A DNA stretch of 64,000 nt from Flavobacterium sp. (GCF_035299005.1 NZ_DATGXL010000005.1:5756-69755); one strand, 5' to 3'. Numbered from the stretch's first letter, positions 46,499 to 56,744 are shown. Numbers and translations are program-made. The notes: a model not told the origin generated them from the letters alone.

Positions 46499-46696
46499 AT
46501 GAAACAAAATTCAATAAGATTTTTAATTTTAACTCTGGTAAACACAGTGCTTTACAGTGTAATTATTTACTTTATGGAAGTAAAAATGGAAACTTTTAGA
46601 TTTGTTTTTCAAGCACTTTTTTTTGGGGTTTTTATGGGATTTCTGCAAGTATTTGGAATTCCGTTTTTGAATAAAAATAAAACAGATAAAAAATAA
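46499..46696 (+). CDS. Small two-TM membrane protein
   Basis: 65 aa, hydrophobic, abutting both neighbours with 1-nt gaps. Confidence 0.6.
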   Translation: MKQNSIRFLILTLVNTVLYSVIIYFMEVKMETFRFVFQALFFGVFMGFLQVFGIPFLNKNKTDKK

Positions 46697-46697
46697 T

Positions 46698-47024
46698 ATG
46701 GATTTAAAAAATTCACAACTAGAAGTCGATAATTGGATAAAAGAACATGGTGTTCGTTATTTTAATGAGTTGACAAATATGGCGCAATTAACAGAAGAAG
46801 TAGGAGAAGTTGCTCGAATTATTGCCCGCAGATATGGTGAACAATCTGAAAAAGAATCAGATAAAAATAAAGACTTAGGTGAAGAACTTGCAGATGTTGT
46901 TTTTGTTGTGTTGTGTTTAGCCAATCAAACAGGTGTAGATTTACAGGCTGCTTTTGATAAAAAAATGGATTTTAAAACAAAACGCGATCACGATAGACAT
47001 CATAGTAATGAAAAGTTAAAGTAA
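46698..47024 (+). CDS. MazG-like nucleotide pyrophosphohydrolase
   Basis: LTEEVGEVAR...LGEELADV. Confidence 0.9.
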   Translation: MDLKNSQLEVDNWIKEHGVRYFNELTNMAQLTEEVGEVARIIARRYGEQSEKESDKNKDLGEELADVVFVVLCLANQTGVDLQAAFDKKMDFKTKRDHDRHHSNEKLK

Positions 47025-47103
47025 TTGTATGATGTAAAATTGTATAATGTATATTGATTTTACAACTTACATTATACAGCATACACTATACAATTATACA
47101 TTA
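47022..47103. repeat. Inverted pair of heptamer tandem arrays (TGTAnnn x4, TACAnnn x6)
   Basis: tgtatga tgtaaaa t tgtataa tgtatat, then tacaact tacatta tacagca tacacta tacaatt a tacatta. Confidence 0.75.
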
Positions 47104-47111
47104 AACAAAAA

Positions 47112-47438
47112 ATGAACTGGATTTTACTCATAATAGCAGGTTTATTTGAAGTTGGTTTTGCAACTTGCCTCGGAAAAGCAAAAGAATCAACAGGAAATAC
47201 TTCATTACTTTGGTATGGAGGTTTTCTTATATGCCTTTCTATCAGCATGATATTATTAGTAAAAGCAACCAAAGAATTGCCAATCGGAACAGCCTACGTT
47301 GTTTGGACTGGAATTGGGGCAATAGGTAGTGTTCTTGTAGGAATCATTGTTTTTAAAGAGCCTGCAACTTTTTGGAGAGTTTTTTTTATTACAACATTAA
47401 TTTTATCCATTATTGGATTAAAAATGGTTACTAAATAA
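47112..47438 (+). CDS. SMR/DMT family small multidrug exporter (SugE/Gdx-like)
   Basis: Four TM segments; AGLFEVG (conserved Glu), LPIGTAYVVWTGIG. Confidence 0.88.
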   Translation: MNWILLIIAGLFEVGFATCLGKAKESTGNTSLLWYGGFLICLSISMILLVKATKELPIGTAYVVWTGIGAIGSVLVGIIVFKEPATFWRVFFITTLILSIIGLKMVTK

Positions 47439-48697
47439 TGAATTTACACTTAGAAAAGGCAGAAGGCAGACTGCAGAAGGCAAAAGTTAAAATTACTGGG
47501 TCAAAATCTGAAACCAATAGGTTGTTATTGTTGAAAGCTTTGTACGCAAATTTAATTTTAGAAAACACATCTAATTCAGATGATTCTGAAGTTATGCAAA
47601 AAGCATTGCAAAACTCACAAAATCCTTTGTCCAAAGACCTTTGCTCTGAAATAGATGTTCACCATGCTGGTACTGCTATGCGATTTCTTACGGCTTATTT
47701 TTCTATCCAAGAAGGAAAAGAGATTTTGCTTACTGGTTCGTCTCGTATGAAAGAACGACCAATTAAAATTTTGGTTGATGCATTAAATCAATTGGGGGCC
47801 AAAATCAGCTATGAAGAAAATTTTGGTTTTCCACCTATTCGAATCAAAGGAATGCAATTAACTCAAAATAAAGTATCGCTCCCTGCTGATGTAAGTAGTC
47901 AATATATTTCCGCTTTGTTGTTAATTGCACCCAAATTAGAAAAAGGTTTAGAATTAACAATGGAAGGAGAAGTTACATCTGCTCCATATATTAATATGAC
48001 ATTGACTTTATTAAATGAAATAGGAGTAGAAACTTCTTTTAAAAAGAACGTAATTAAAGTAAATTCAAAACCCAATATCCAACGCACAATCTCTTTAACA
48101 ATTGAATCAGATTGGAGTTCAGCTTCATACTGGTATTCCATTGTTGCTTTGTCTGAGGTTAACACGCAAATAACACTTTCAAGTTATAAAAAGAATAGTT
48201 TACAAGGTGATAGTATTTTGGTCGAAATTTATAAGTATTTTGGTGTTGAAACAATTTTCAATAATGATAGTTCCATTACTATTTCAAAGCTAAATATCCA
48301 TAAAACAAAGCCTTTAATTTTTAACTTAAAAAATTCCCCAGATATTGCTCAAACTATTGCGATAACATGTTTCGGTTTAGGAGTAGGCTGTCATCTGTCA
48401 GGTTTACATACTTTAAAAATTAAAGAAACAGACCGTTTAGAAGCATTGAAATCAGAATTATTTAAACTTGGTGCAAATATTACAGTTACAAATGAAAGTT
48501 TATCATTGAAACCTTCAAATTTATTCAATCAAAATGTCATGATTTCCACTTATCAAGATCATCGAATGGCTATGGCTTTTGCGCCATTAGCTCTGAAAGT
48601 TCCATTAGTAATTGAAGATGCTGAAGTGGTTTCAAAATCATATCCAAATTTTTGGGATGATTTGAAGGTAATAGGAATAGAATGTTTTAGAAAGTAA
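47438..48697 (+). CDS. aroA: 3-phosphoshikimate 1-carboxyvinyltransferase (EPSP synthase)
   Basis: GSKSETNR, HAGTAMRF, RMKERPI, SSQYISALL, KETDR, DHRMAM, KSYP.F. Confidence 0.95.
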   Translation: MNLHLEKAEGRLQKAKVKITGSKSETNRLLLLKALYANLILENTSNSDDSEVMQKALQNSQNPLSKDLCSEIDVHHAGTAMRFLTAYFSIQEGKEILLTGSSRMKERPIKILVDALNQLGAKISYEENFGFPPIRIKGMQLTQNKVSLPADVSSQYISALLLIAPKLEKGLELTMEGEVTSAPYINMTLTLLNEIGVETSFKKNVIKVNSKPNIQRTISLTIESDWSSASYWYSIVALSEVNTQITLSSYKKNSLQGDSILVEIYKYFGVETIFNNDSSITISKLNIHKTKPLIFNLKNSPDIAQTIAITCFGLGVGCHLSGLHTLKIKETDRLEALKSELFKLGANITVTNESLSLKPSNLFNQNVMISTYQDHRMAMAFAPLALKVPLVIEDAEVVSKSYPNFWDDLKVIGIECFRK

Positions 48698-48756
48698 GAA
48701 ATTTAACGCAACCATTTATGAAAATATACATCTACTAACAAATGTAACTATAAGCA

Positions 48757-51700
48757 ATGTATAAAACAGTTCAAATTATTTTATTTATATTTTTAAGTAA
48801 TATAAGTTTTTCTCAACTTTCAAATTTTACTTTTCAAGTTACTCCTCAAAATGAAACATGTTTAGGGAATGGTAGTCTAACATTTGCTGTTTCTGGAACT
48901 GCTGCTGGATCAACATTGTCATATAGTGTTTATTTATTGCCAAATATAGTTTCGCCTATTGCGGTTTTAAATTCAAGTACCCTAACAGGTTTGAATTCAG
49001 GTGATTATCTTGTTGTTGCAACGCAGTCGCTTGGCGCTTTGTCTGGGTCTCAACAGCAAAATGTGACAATCAATAATAATATAGCTACATTAGATTATAC
49101 ACTTGTGGGTCAAAAGGTTAAATGTGGGAATGATGGTGCAATAACAGTAAATATTATTAGTGGAAATCCAGCTAGTTATGAAATTGTATCTGGACCGGTA
49201 ACAACTTCACCTCAGACATCTAATTCTTTTAGTAATTTAGGTGTGGGGATTTATGAAATAAAAGTGACTGATGTTTGTGGAGATGCTGTTGTGCAAACTT
49301 ATACACTTGTACAAGCATTAATTTCATTAGTAATTGATCCAGGGTTGACTTCAGGACAATTACCATCGTGTAATACTGTAAATTTGACTAATTTTTTTGG
49401 GGTCCCAATAGGTTATGAAATTGCTTATCCAATAACATTTGAATATACTGTATATCCCCCAGGTGGAGGTTCTCCTTTTGTTTCAAATGTTATAGCAAAT
49501 AACACTTTTTCATCTGTTAGTTTAACAATACCATTCTATCATAATCAGAGTTATTATTATGATATCAAGGCAACAGATGCTTGTGGCAATGTTTACCAAA
49601 GCAATAATAACTTGATAAATAAAAAAATTGACTTTACAATATTAGTTTCGAAAATTGATTGTACGACCAAGCAATTATCACTTACACTTGATTATTTTGT
49701 AGCGCCATATACAATTGATTTTGTTGCTTTTCCAGTAGGTTTTAATCCTACAACCTTTAACACAATTCATCCAGGACCTTTTACATCAGGAACAACTGTT
49801 TATGGAGGTATTGGAAATTCATTTCCAAATGGTTCATATACAATCCAAGTTACTGATGCCTGCGGGAGAACAGTATCAAAAAATGTTACAATTCAAGATT
49901 CTGTAGTTAATCCATCATATTTTGCTTCTTCTAATGGGTGTGGTCAAGTTACGGTTTTTTTGCAAGGGGCAATCATGCAGTCGGTGATTATTACCTCAGC
50001 ACCAACAGCTTATACATATGCGATACCACATAATGTATCAAGTTTTATCGACCCTATAACTAATATTTTTTCTATTAGCGGTCTTCCAGTTGGAACCTAT
50101 AATTTTCAAATTACTGATACATGTAATAATATTTATAATCTTACCATTGTTGTGCCTCCTTATTCACAAACTCCATTTGTGGTATTACAGAAGCCTGGGT
50201 GCGATGATGGATATGGCTCTGTTAGGGTAGATTCTAATGTTTTAATATCTAATGCTGTATTATTAAGTGGACCATCAAATTATACAGGAACATTCCCTTT
50301 GCCTTTATCAATAATAGGAGGAACTTCTATTTATTTATCTAATTTACCCGAAGGAGATTATGTAGTTCAGTCTACCAATTTTTGTGGAGTAACAAGAACA
50401 GATTCAATACATATTGTTGGATATCAAGAAATTCAAACTAATGTACAGTTGCAAAAATATTGCGGCTCATTTAATTTATATCTTGAGCATAGCAGTAATA
50501 CAAATAATTCAGATAATAGTGAAGTATTTTGGATTCAAAAATATAATTCAGCTCTTAATTTATGGGAACATCCTATAACCGGATATGATTATGTTGAAGG
50601 TTCACTTTTGACTGGGATGAATGGAATTTCTATTTCTAATTATGTCAATAATATAAATTTGCAATTTAGCGGAATAATGAGAATAGTTAAAGTTTCTAAA
50701 ATTTATTCTTTTACTGGACAGTCTATTAATTGTATAAAAACTATTCATTCTTTCGAAATTGCAGATGGACCAACAATCATAAATGTTGACACTATTGGTT
50801 GCCTAAATGGTAATTCTGAAGCTATAGTAATTGCAGATGGCGTCCCACCATTAAATTACAGAATAACGACTAAGGATGGCGCTCCTTTTTTGATAGAGAA
50901 TAATAATTTAAGCTCTTTTTCAAGTTTGTCACCAGGAATTTATAATTTTCAAGTTGAAGATTCTTGTGGAAATATTGTAAATAGTTTGGTTGAAATTACG
51001 TCAATTGCTCCTTTTGGAATAACTTCAACATTATTATGTAATAATGAGCAGGCTAGTTTGAGTGTGCCGAATTACCCTTTTTTAACCTATGAGTGGTGGA
51101 AAGATTCAAATCCTGCCAATATTTTAAGTACTTCTAATGTGTTAAGTTTTAATCCATTTAACAATTTGGGTGATTATGGAACTTATAAAGTTAAAATCAC
51201 TAACGCAAGCAACATCTCTTCTTGCTTCAATGTTGAACTTTCAGAAACTATTTCAAATGTTTTTGAAAGCCCAAAAGCAGGATTAGATTCTAGTATGTCA
51301 TTTTGTGAAAATCAACAAGTAATAGATTTGAATGATTTTTTAAGTGGTAGTTTTGATTCAAATGGAGTTTGGTCTGAAATATCTGGAAGTAATACTTTAG
51401 CTGGTAATTTATGGAATGCAAATTTATTACCATATGGAACATATCAATTTTTATATACAGTTTCTTCAGCAAATTGCGGATTCGATGATGCTTTAATTAC
51501 GCTTGAATTGAAAGAGAAACCTATATTGACAAATGTTCCAAATAGTATTGGAGTTTGTGTTGGAGATGATATTTTAATAGATGTTGGTATTGAAAATGTA
51601 AATTATTTATGGGAAGGTCCAAATGGATTTTTTTCAACAAATCAAAATTTATTGATTCAAGATTCAGATTTGTTTGATTCAGGAGTTTATAGTCTAATTG

Positions 51701-52248
51701 TAACTAAGGATGGCTGCGAGTCGGATATTCATAATATTGATGTGTTAATTAGTAATCAGCCAAATTTTATTCTTAAAGAAGATTGTCTTGATAATGTTAA
51801 AACATTGGAAGTTATTCCGCAAAGCGATAGTTTTAACATAAATGATGTTACAATTGAATGGATTGGTCCTAATAATTATACAAGTAGCACAAATCTAATT
51901 CAAATTCCTTCTCAAGCAATTGGTGAATATAGTGCTCAAGTGATTAATAATGGTTGTAGTAAAATAGAATCAATAATAATTCAAGGAACAGCTTGTGGAA
52001 TTCAAAGTGGAATTTCACCAAATGATGATGGTAAAAACGATTCTTTTGATTTGTCGGGTTATGATGTTGAGAATCTAAAAATTTTCAGTAGATATGGAAG
52101 AGAAGTGTACAATAAAGATAATTATGAATCTGAATGGTATGGGCAAGATTATAATGACAATATGTTGCCAGCTGCAACGTATTATTATTACATAAAATTG
52201 ACAAATGGTATTGAAAAAACTGGATGGATTTATTTGGTAAGAGAATAG
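48757..52248 (+). CDS. T9SS type-B cargo (gliding-motility-associated CTD) with SprB-like repeats
   Basis: Repeated G.Y...VTD.CG modules; C-terminal ISPNDDGKND.F...IFSRYGREVY...W.G...ATYYY. Confidence 0.85.
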   Translation: MYKTVQIILFIFLSNISFSQLSNFTFQVTPQNETCLGNGSLTFAVSGTAAGSTLSYSVYLLPNIVSPIAVLNSSTLTGLNSGDYLVVATQSLGALSGSQQQNVTINNNIATLDYTLVGQKVKCGNDGAITVNIISGNPASYEIVSGPVTTSPQTSNSFSNLGVGIYEIKVTDVCGDAVVQTYTLVQALISLVIDPGLTSGQLPSCNTVNLTNFFGVPIGYEIAYPITFEYTVYPPGGGSPFVSNVIANNTFSSVSLTIPFYHNQSYYYDIKATDACGNVYQSNNNLINKKIDFTILVSKIDCTTKQLSLTLDYFVAPYTIDFVAFPVGFNPTTFNTIHPGPFTSGTTVYGGIGNSFPNGSYTIQVTDACGRTVSKNVTIQDSVVNPSYFASSNGCGQVTVFLQGAIMQSVIITSAPTAYTYAIPHNVSSFIDPITNIFSISGLPVGTYNFQITDTCNNIYNLTIVVPPYSQTPFVVLQKPGCDDGYGSVRVDSNVLISNAVLLSGPSNYTGTFPLPLSIIGGTSIYLSNLPEGDYVVQSTNFCGVTRTDSIHIVGYQEIQTNVQLQKYCGSFNLYLEHSSNTNNSDNSEVFWIQKYNSALNLWEHPITGYDYVEGSLLTGMNGISISNYVNNINLQFSGIMRIVKVSKIYSFTGQSINCIKTIHSFEIADGPTIINVDTIGCLNGNSEAIVIADGVPPLNYRITTKDGAPFLIENNNLSSFSSLSPGIYNFQVEDSCGNIVNSLVEITSIAPFGITSTLLCNNEQASLSVPNYPFLTYEWWKDSNPANILSTSNVLSFNPFNNLGDYGTYKVKITNASNISSCFNVELSETISNVFESPKAGLDSSMSFCENQQVIDLNDFLSGSFDSNGVWSEISGSNTLAGNLWNANLLPYGTYQFLYTVSSANCGFDDALITLELKEKPILTNVPNSIGVCVGDDILIDVGIENVNYLWEGPNGFFSTNQNLLIQDSDLFDSGVYSLIVTKDGCESDIHNIDVLISNQPNFILKEDCLDNVKTLEVIPQSDSFNINDVTIEWIGPNNYTSSTNLIQIPSQAIGEYSAQVINNGCSKIESIIIQGTACGIQSGISPNDDGKNDSFDLSGYDVENLKIFSRYGREVYNKDNYESEWYGQDYNDNMLPAATYYYYIKLTNGIEKTGWIYLVRE

Positions 52249-52341
52249 TGTAATGCAAATATTTTGAAGTAGTTTATTTTTTTAATTTTATAGTTTTAAA
52301 AATAAACTACATTTTACTTGACAACGCCTATTTCATAATCG

Positions 52342-52349
52342 TATATTTG
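52342..52349 (+). promoter_or_regulatory. -7 promoter element for queA
   Basis: TATATTTG. Confidence 0.6.
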
Positions 52350-52421
52350 CAGACTGAATTTTAGTGTTTTATGAATTGAATTCTTAAACGCTTAAACTTT
52401 TAAACACTTAAACATTTTTAA

Positions 52422-53471
52422 ATGAAATTATCTCATTTTCAATTCAATCTTCCTGAAGAATTATTAGCTGAGTTTCCTACAGAAAATCGTGACGAATCTC
52501 GATTAATGGTAGTCAACAGAAAAACAGGTACAATCGAGCACAAATTATTTAAAGATATTATAGACTATTTTGATGATGGTGATGTAATGGTGTTAAATAA
52601 TACAAAGGTTTTTCCAGCGCGTTTATACGGAAACAAAGAAAAAACGGGAGCACGCATCGAAGTTTTCTTATTAAGAGAATTAAATGCTGAGCAACGTTTG
52701 TGGGATGTTTTAGTAGACCCTGCGAGAAAAATTCGTATCGGAAACAAATTATATTTTGGAGACGACGATTCATTAGTAGCTGAAGTAATTGATAACACAA
52801 CTTCTCGTGGAAGAACATTACGTTTTCTATACGATGGTTCGTATGAAGAATTTAGAGAAAAATTAGTAGAACTTGGTGAAACTCCAATACCAAAATACAT
52901 TAACCGCGAAGTAACACCAGAAGATGCTGAGCGTTACCAAACTATTTATGCAAAAGAAGAAGGAGCTGTAGCTGCACCTACAGCTGGGCTACACTTTTCT
53001 AAACATTTATTAAAACGTTTAGAAATCAAAGGAGTGGATTTTGCAGAAGTAACTTTACACGTAGGTTTAGGAACTTTCAATCCAGTTGAAGTAGAAGATT
53101 TATCTAAACACAAAATGGATTCAGAGGAAATGAAAATTTCTCAAGAAGCTTGTGATATTATTAACAATGCAAAAGCTAAAAAGAAAAAAGTGTGTTGCAT
53201 TGGAACCACTGCAATGAGAGCAATGGAAAGCTCGGTTTCATCTCAAAGAACTTTAAATCCATATACAGGATGGACTAATAAATTTATTTATCCACCTTAT
53301 GATTTTAGCCTAGCAGATGCAATGGTTACTAATTTTCATACACCAAAATCAACATTATTGATGATGATTTCTGCTTTTTGTGGACATGATTTAATGATGA
53401 AGGCATACAAAGAAGCAATTCAAGAAAAATATCGTTTCTATTCTTATGGAGATGCAATGTTGATTATCTAA
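52422..53471 (+). CDS. queA: S-adenosylmethionine:tRNA ribosyltransferase-isomerase
   Basis: [56 protein letters not shown]. Confidence 0.95.
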   Translation: MKLSHFQFNLPEELLAEFPTENRDESRLMVVNRKTGTIEHKLFKDIIDYFDDGDVMVLNNTKVFPARLYGNKEKTGARIEVFLLRELNAEQRLWDVLVDPARKIRIGNKLYFGDDDSLVAEVIDNTTSRGRTLRFLYDGSYEEFREKLVELGETPIPKYINREVTPEDAERYQTIYAKEEGAVAAPTAGLHFSKHLLKRLEIKGVDFAEVTLHVGLGTFNPVEVEDLSKHKMDSEEMKISQEACDIINNAKAKKKKVCCIGTTAMRAMESSVSSQRTLNPYTGWTNKFIYPPYDFSLADAMVTNFHTPKSTLLMMISAFCGHDLMMKAYKEAIQEKYRFYSYGDAMLII

Positions 53472-53491
53472 TCAATTGAAATCACATAAAC

Positions 53492-53522
53492 AAAATCTCA
53501 TCAGTAATGGTGAGATTTTTTT
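53492..53522 (+). terminator. Intrinsic terminator
   Basis: aaaatctcatc-agtaat-ggtgagatttt followed by T residues. Confidence 0.75.
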
Positions 53523-53591
53523 ATTTAAAACAAGCGTTTTGACACTTTGTAACTTTTCCATACTTTTACCAATCAAACAACCAATAGACTA

Positions 53592-54887
53592 ATGATTTTT
53601 GAAAACACACGCAGTTTCGCACAAAGTTTAGATGCTCAAGATGAATTGAGAAACTATAGAGATGAATTTATTTTTCCACAGGTCAACGGAAAGCAAGTAA
53701 TTTATTTTACTGGGAATTCTTTAGGATTACAACCAAAAAGAACAAAATCCTATATAGATGAGGTAATGACTGATTGGGCAAATTTAGCAGTAGAAGGACA
53801 TTTTTATGCAGATAAGCCTTGGTGGGATTATCACGAACGTTTTGCTGTTCCTTTGAGTGACATTGTTGGCGCAAAACCTACGGAAGTTACTGTAATGAAC
53901 ACTTTAACAGTAAATCTTCACTTATTAATGGTTTCATTTTACAGACCAACCCTTAAAAAATTTAAAATCATTTGTGAAGAAAAAGCATTTCCAAGTGATC
54001 AATATATGTTTCAGAGTCAAATAGATTTTCATTCAAAAACGGTAGGATTTGACCCAAAAGAGGCTCTAGTTGAAATTAAGCGTAGAGAAGGCGAGCATAA
54101 TATTAGATTAGATGATGTGTTAGCAAAAATTGAAGAAATAGGGGAAGAATTAGCATTAGTTTTAATTGGAGGTGTAAATTATTATACTGGACAAGTATTT
54201 GATATGAAAACTATTACCGAAGCGGGTCACAAACAAGGTGCTTATGTAGGTTGGGATTTAGCACATGCAGCTGGAAATATAAAATTAAAATTAAACGATT
54301 GGAAAGTAGATTTTGCTGCTTGGTGTAGTTACAAATATATGAACTCTGGGCCTGGAAACGCTTCTGGTTGTTTTGTGCACGAAATGCATCATAATGATTC
54401 AGATTTGCCAAGATTTGCTGGTTGGTGGGGACATAATAAAGAACGTCGTTTTAAGATGGAACCTCAATTTGACCCAGTTCGAGGAGCTGATGGCTGGCAA
54501 ATAAGTAATTTACCAATATTGTCTTTAGCGCCTTATTTGGCTTCAGTAGAAATGTTTGCTGAAGTTGGTATGGATAAATTAATCGCAAAAAGAGATATGT
54601 TGACTTCGTATTTAGAATTTATACTTCATGAAATTGATGCAGCATTAGATGGTGCAGAATTTGAAATAATTACGCCATCAAATCCTCAAGAAAGAGCTTG
54701 TCAATTATCTGTTTATTTACACGGACAAGGAAGAGAATTATTTGATTACTTAATGAAAAATGGAGTAATTACAGATTGGCGAGAACCAAACGTAATACGA
54801 TTAGCTCCAGCACCTTTTTATTGTTCATTTGAAGATATGTATGAATTTGGGCAAATCTTAAAGCAAGGGATTCAAAAATTAGCATAA
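53592..54887 (+). CDS. kynU: Kynureninase
   Basis: YFTGNSLGLQPK, WDLAHAAGN, WCSYKYMNSGPG PLP site, DWREPNVIR. Confidence 0.93.
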   Translation: MIFENTRSFAQSLDAQDELRNYRDEFIFPQVNGKQVIYFTGNSLGLQPKRTKSYIDEVMTDWANLAVEGHFYADKPWWDYHERFAVPLSDIVGAKPTEVTVMNTLTVNLHLLMVSFYRPTLKKFKIICEEKAFPSDQYMFQSQIDFHSKTVGFDPKEALVEIKRREGEHNIRLDDVLAKIEEIGEELALVLIGGVNYYTGQVFDMKTITEAGHKQGAYVGWDLAHAAGNIKLKLNDWKVDFAAWCSYKYMNSGPGNASGCFVHEMHHNDSDLPRFAGWWGHNKERRFKMEPQFDPVRGADGWQISNLPILSLAPYLASVEMFAEVGMDKLIAKRDMLTSYLEFILHEIDAALDGAEFEIITPSNPQERACQLSVYLHGQGRELFDYLMKNGVITDWREPNVIRLAPAPFYCSFEDMYEFGQILKQGIQKLA

Positions 54888-54893
54888 AAAAAT

Positions 54894-54924
54894 AACCCTA
54901 ACAAAAATAATGTTAGGGTTTTTT
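54894..54924. terminator. Bidirectional terminator
   Basis: aaccctaaca-N7-tgttagggtt with A and T tails. Confidence 0.8.
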
Positions 54925-54944
54925 ATTAAATAAGAGAGTATAAC

Positions 54945-56744
54945 TTAACTTGGAATTTCAATTGCTATCAATTCTGATTTATATTTTTTAATCTGATTTT
55001 GAATTTTTTCACTTTCGCTTTTGAAGAAGTTTGTTGAAGAAAACAAATCTTGATAATAAGAAATTCCTGCTAATAGATTTGTTTTGAATAAGTTCCATTT
55101 TTTTATTTGACTAACTGAAAGTTCATTTGTGTATTCTGAAATCTCTTTTCTTAAATATTCAATATATATTTTTAATTCTTTCACAAAAACATTTGGTCGG
55201 TTATCATCGGTCATAATATTTGTATTTCCATAAATATGTTTTACCATATTTACCAACGAAATTTCTCTATCAAAATAAGCTAAATTTGGCCCCGGACAAA
55301 TTACAACCCCTTGTTGTTGCCCTTTTATTTTTATATCATTCTCTATATATGCTGCGTTTACTAAACCAACACAAAGACAAGATTTCTCAGTAATATGAGA
55401 TTTTATTTTTTCATATTCAGAAATTGATATGCTGGCTTTCTTGTTGTTTAATTCTTCTAACTTTATGTCTTGATATTTTTTAGAAGCTGTACACAATCCT
55501 TTTTCGTCGTATTCTTTGCTTAAAGCTAAAAGCCTTTTTGGACAGGAACTTCCAGCATTATTTTCATCAATTCTTTTTTGCTTCCAAGATTCATTTGTTG
55601 TTCCTTTTACCGAATTAAATGGGACACCAAGAGGAGATATATTACTCAAATAGAAGTCATTTTCTTTTGCATTTGCTAATAATTTTCGTGTTTCATTATC
55701 TACAGAAGTTGCTTCCGGAACTAATAAAAATGGCGAACCCCAGCCTATTGAATCTAAATTGTAATTTTCTAATAAAAATTCATGTTCTTCAGCAGTTCCA
55801 ACTCCGCCTTGAGCTGTTATTTTTAATTGTAGCGGTTTTTGAGGAACAGGCATTTCTTTTTGACGTAATGCTTTAACCAATAAATCGTGAGCAGTTTGAA
55901 TTAATTGTTCTTTCTTTTCTTTGAATTCTTGTAAAATGGGTCCTAACAAATAACCATCTGTTGCAAACGCATGTCCACCACAATTTAATCCCGATTCTAC
56001 GCGATATTCAGAAACCCATAATCCTTTTTTAGCCAAAAAACTCCCTTGAATTAGTGCCGAACGAAAATCGCTAACTTTTAAAATGATTTTTTTCTTTAAG
56101 ACTGCTTCAGAATTTGGAAAAAAATCTTTAAAATTTTCTAAATAGCTATATAATCTCGGATTCATTCCCGCAGAAAGCACCACAGATGAGTTCAAATTAC
56201 TCTTTGCAAAACCACGAAGGGCGGCATGAGCATCGTTGAATTCAATACCTAATTGTTCATTTTTATCAAAATTATCTTTATCAACTTTCGTCATAATGTT
56301 TACATCAATTTCACCAGGTGATAAATGCTCTTCTATATAATTTTTTATAGTGTCTTTTAGCGTATAACCTTCATCAATAAAGTGTTGTAGGCTCTTTTTT
56401 ATGTCTGTTTTGTTTGGTAGCATAGCAATATAATTCTCTAAAGACGATCTGCTCTCAATCAATTCGTTTTTGAAATTTTCAAACTTGTCTTTTACAATTT
56501 TATCAACTAAGTTTAGGTAATTTGTAATCCGTTCAGCTCTATAATCATGAAATTTTTGTGTAATTTCTTGATAAGGAATGCTGAATTTTTCACTGTAAAA
56601 AGCCCTCATTTTTTCAATCAATTCATCATCTGTGATTGAAACTACTGAAGAAATGCCAAATTGACCCACGCGTATCGGGCTGTCTATTGTGTAGGCTAAT
56701 CCCATTACTGGAATATGGAAAGTATGTGTTGGTTTATAACTCAT
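54945..56744 (-). CDS. Conserved hypothetical protein; divergent NMO/FabK-like FMN TIM-barrel suspected
   Basis: ESGLNCGGH, ITAQGGVG, IGWGSPFLLVPE, SPLGVPF and KSCLCVGL resemble nitronate monooxygenase/FabK family segments. Confidence 0.6.
   Translation of the reverse strand: MSYKPTHTFHIPVMGLAYTIDSPIRVGQFGISSVVSITDDELIEKMRAFYSEKFSIPYQEITQKFHDYRAERITNYLNLVDKIVKDKFENFKNELIESRSSLENYIAMLPNKTDIKKSLQHFIDEGYTLKDTIKNYIEEHLSPGEIDVNIMTKVDKDNFDKNEQLGIEFNDAHAALRGFAKSNLNSSVVLSAGMNPRLYSYLENFKDFFPNSEAVLKKKIILKVSDFRSALIQGSFLAKKGLWVSEYRVESGLNCGGHAFATDGYLLGPILQEFKEKKEQLIQTAHDLLVKALRQKEMPVPQKPLQLKITAQGGVGTAEEHEFLLENYNLDSIGWGSPFLLVPEATSVDNETRKLLANAKENDFYLSNISPLGVPFNSVKGTTNESWKQKRIDENNAGSSCPKRLLALSKEYDEKGLCTASKKYQDIKLEELNNKKASISISEYEKIKSHITEKSCLCVGLVNAAYIENDIKIKGQQQGVVICPGPNLAYFDREISLVNMVKHIYGNTNIMTDDNRPNVFVKELKIYIEYLRKEISEYTNELSVSQIKKWNLFKTNLLAGISYYQDLFSSTNFFKSESEKIQNQIKKYKSELIAIEIPS

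Noticed and set aside
47025-47111. Known guanidine riboswitch upstream of the SMR gene
   Set aside because: No ACGR-loop twin hairpins or guanidine-I/III consensus; the region is heptamer repeats (reported separately).
52350-52421. preQ1 riboswitch upstream of queA
   Set aside because: No AGAGGUUCUAG/CCCUC stem with an A-rich tail; only 8-nt repeats.
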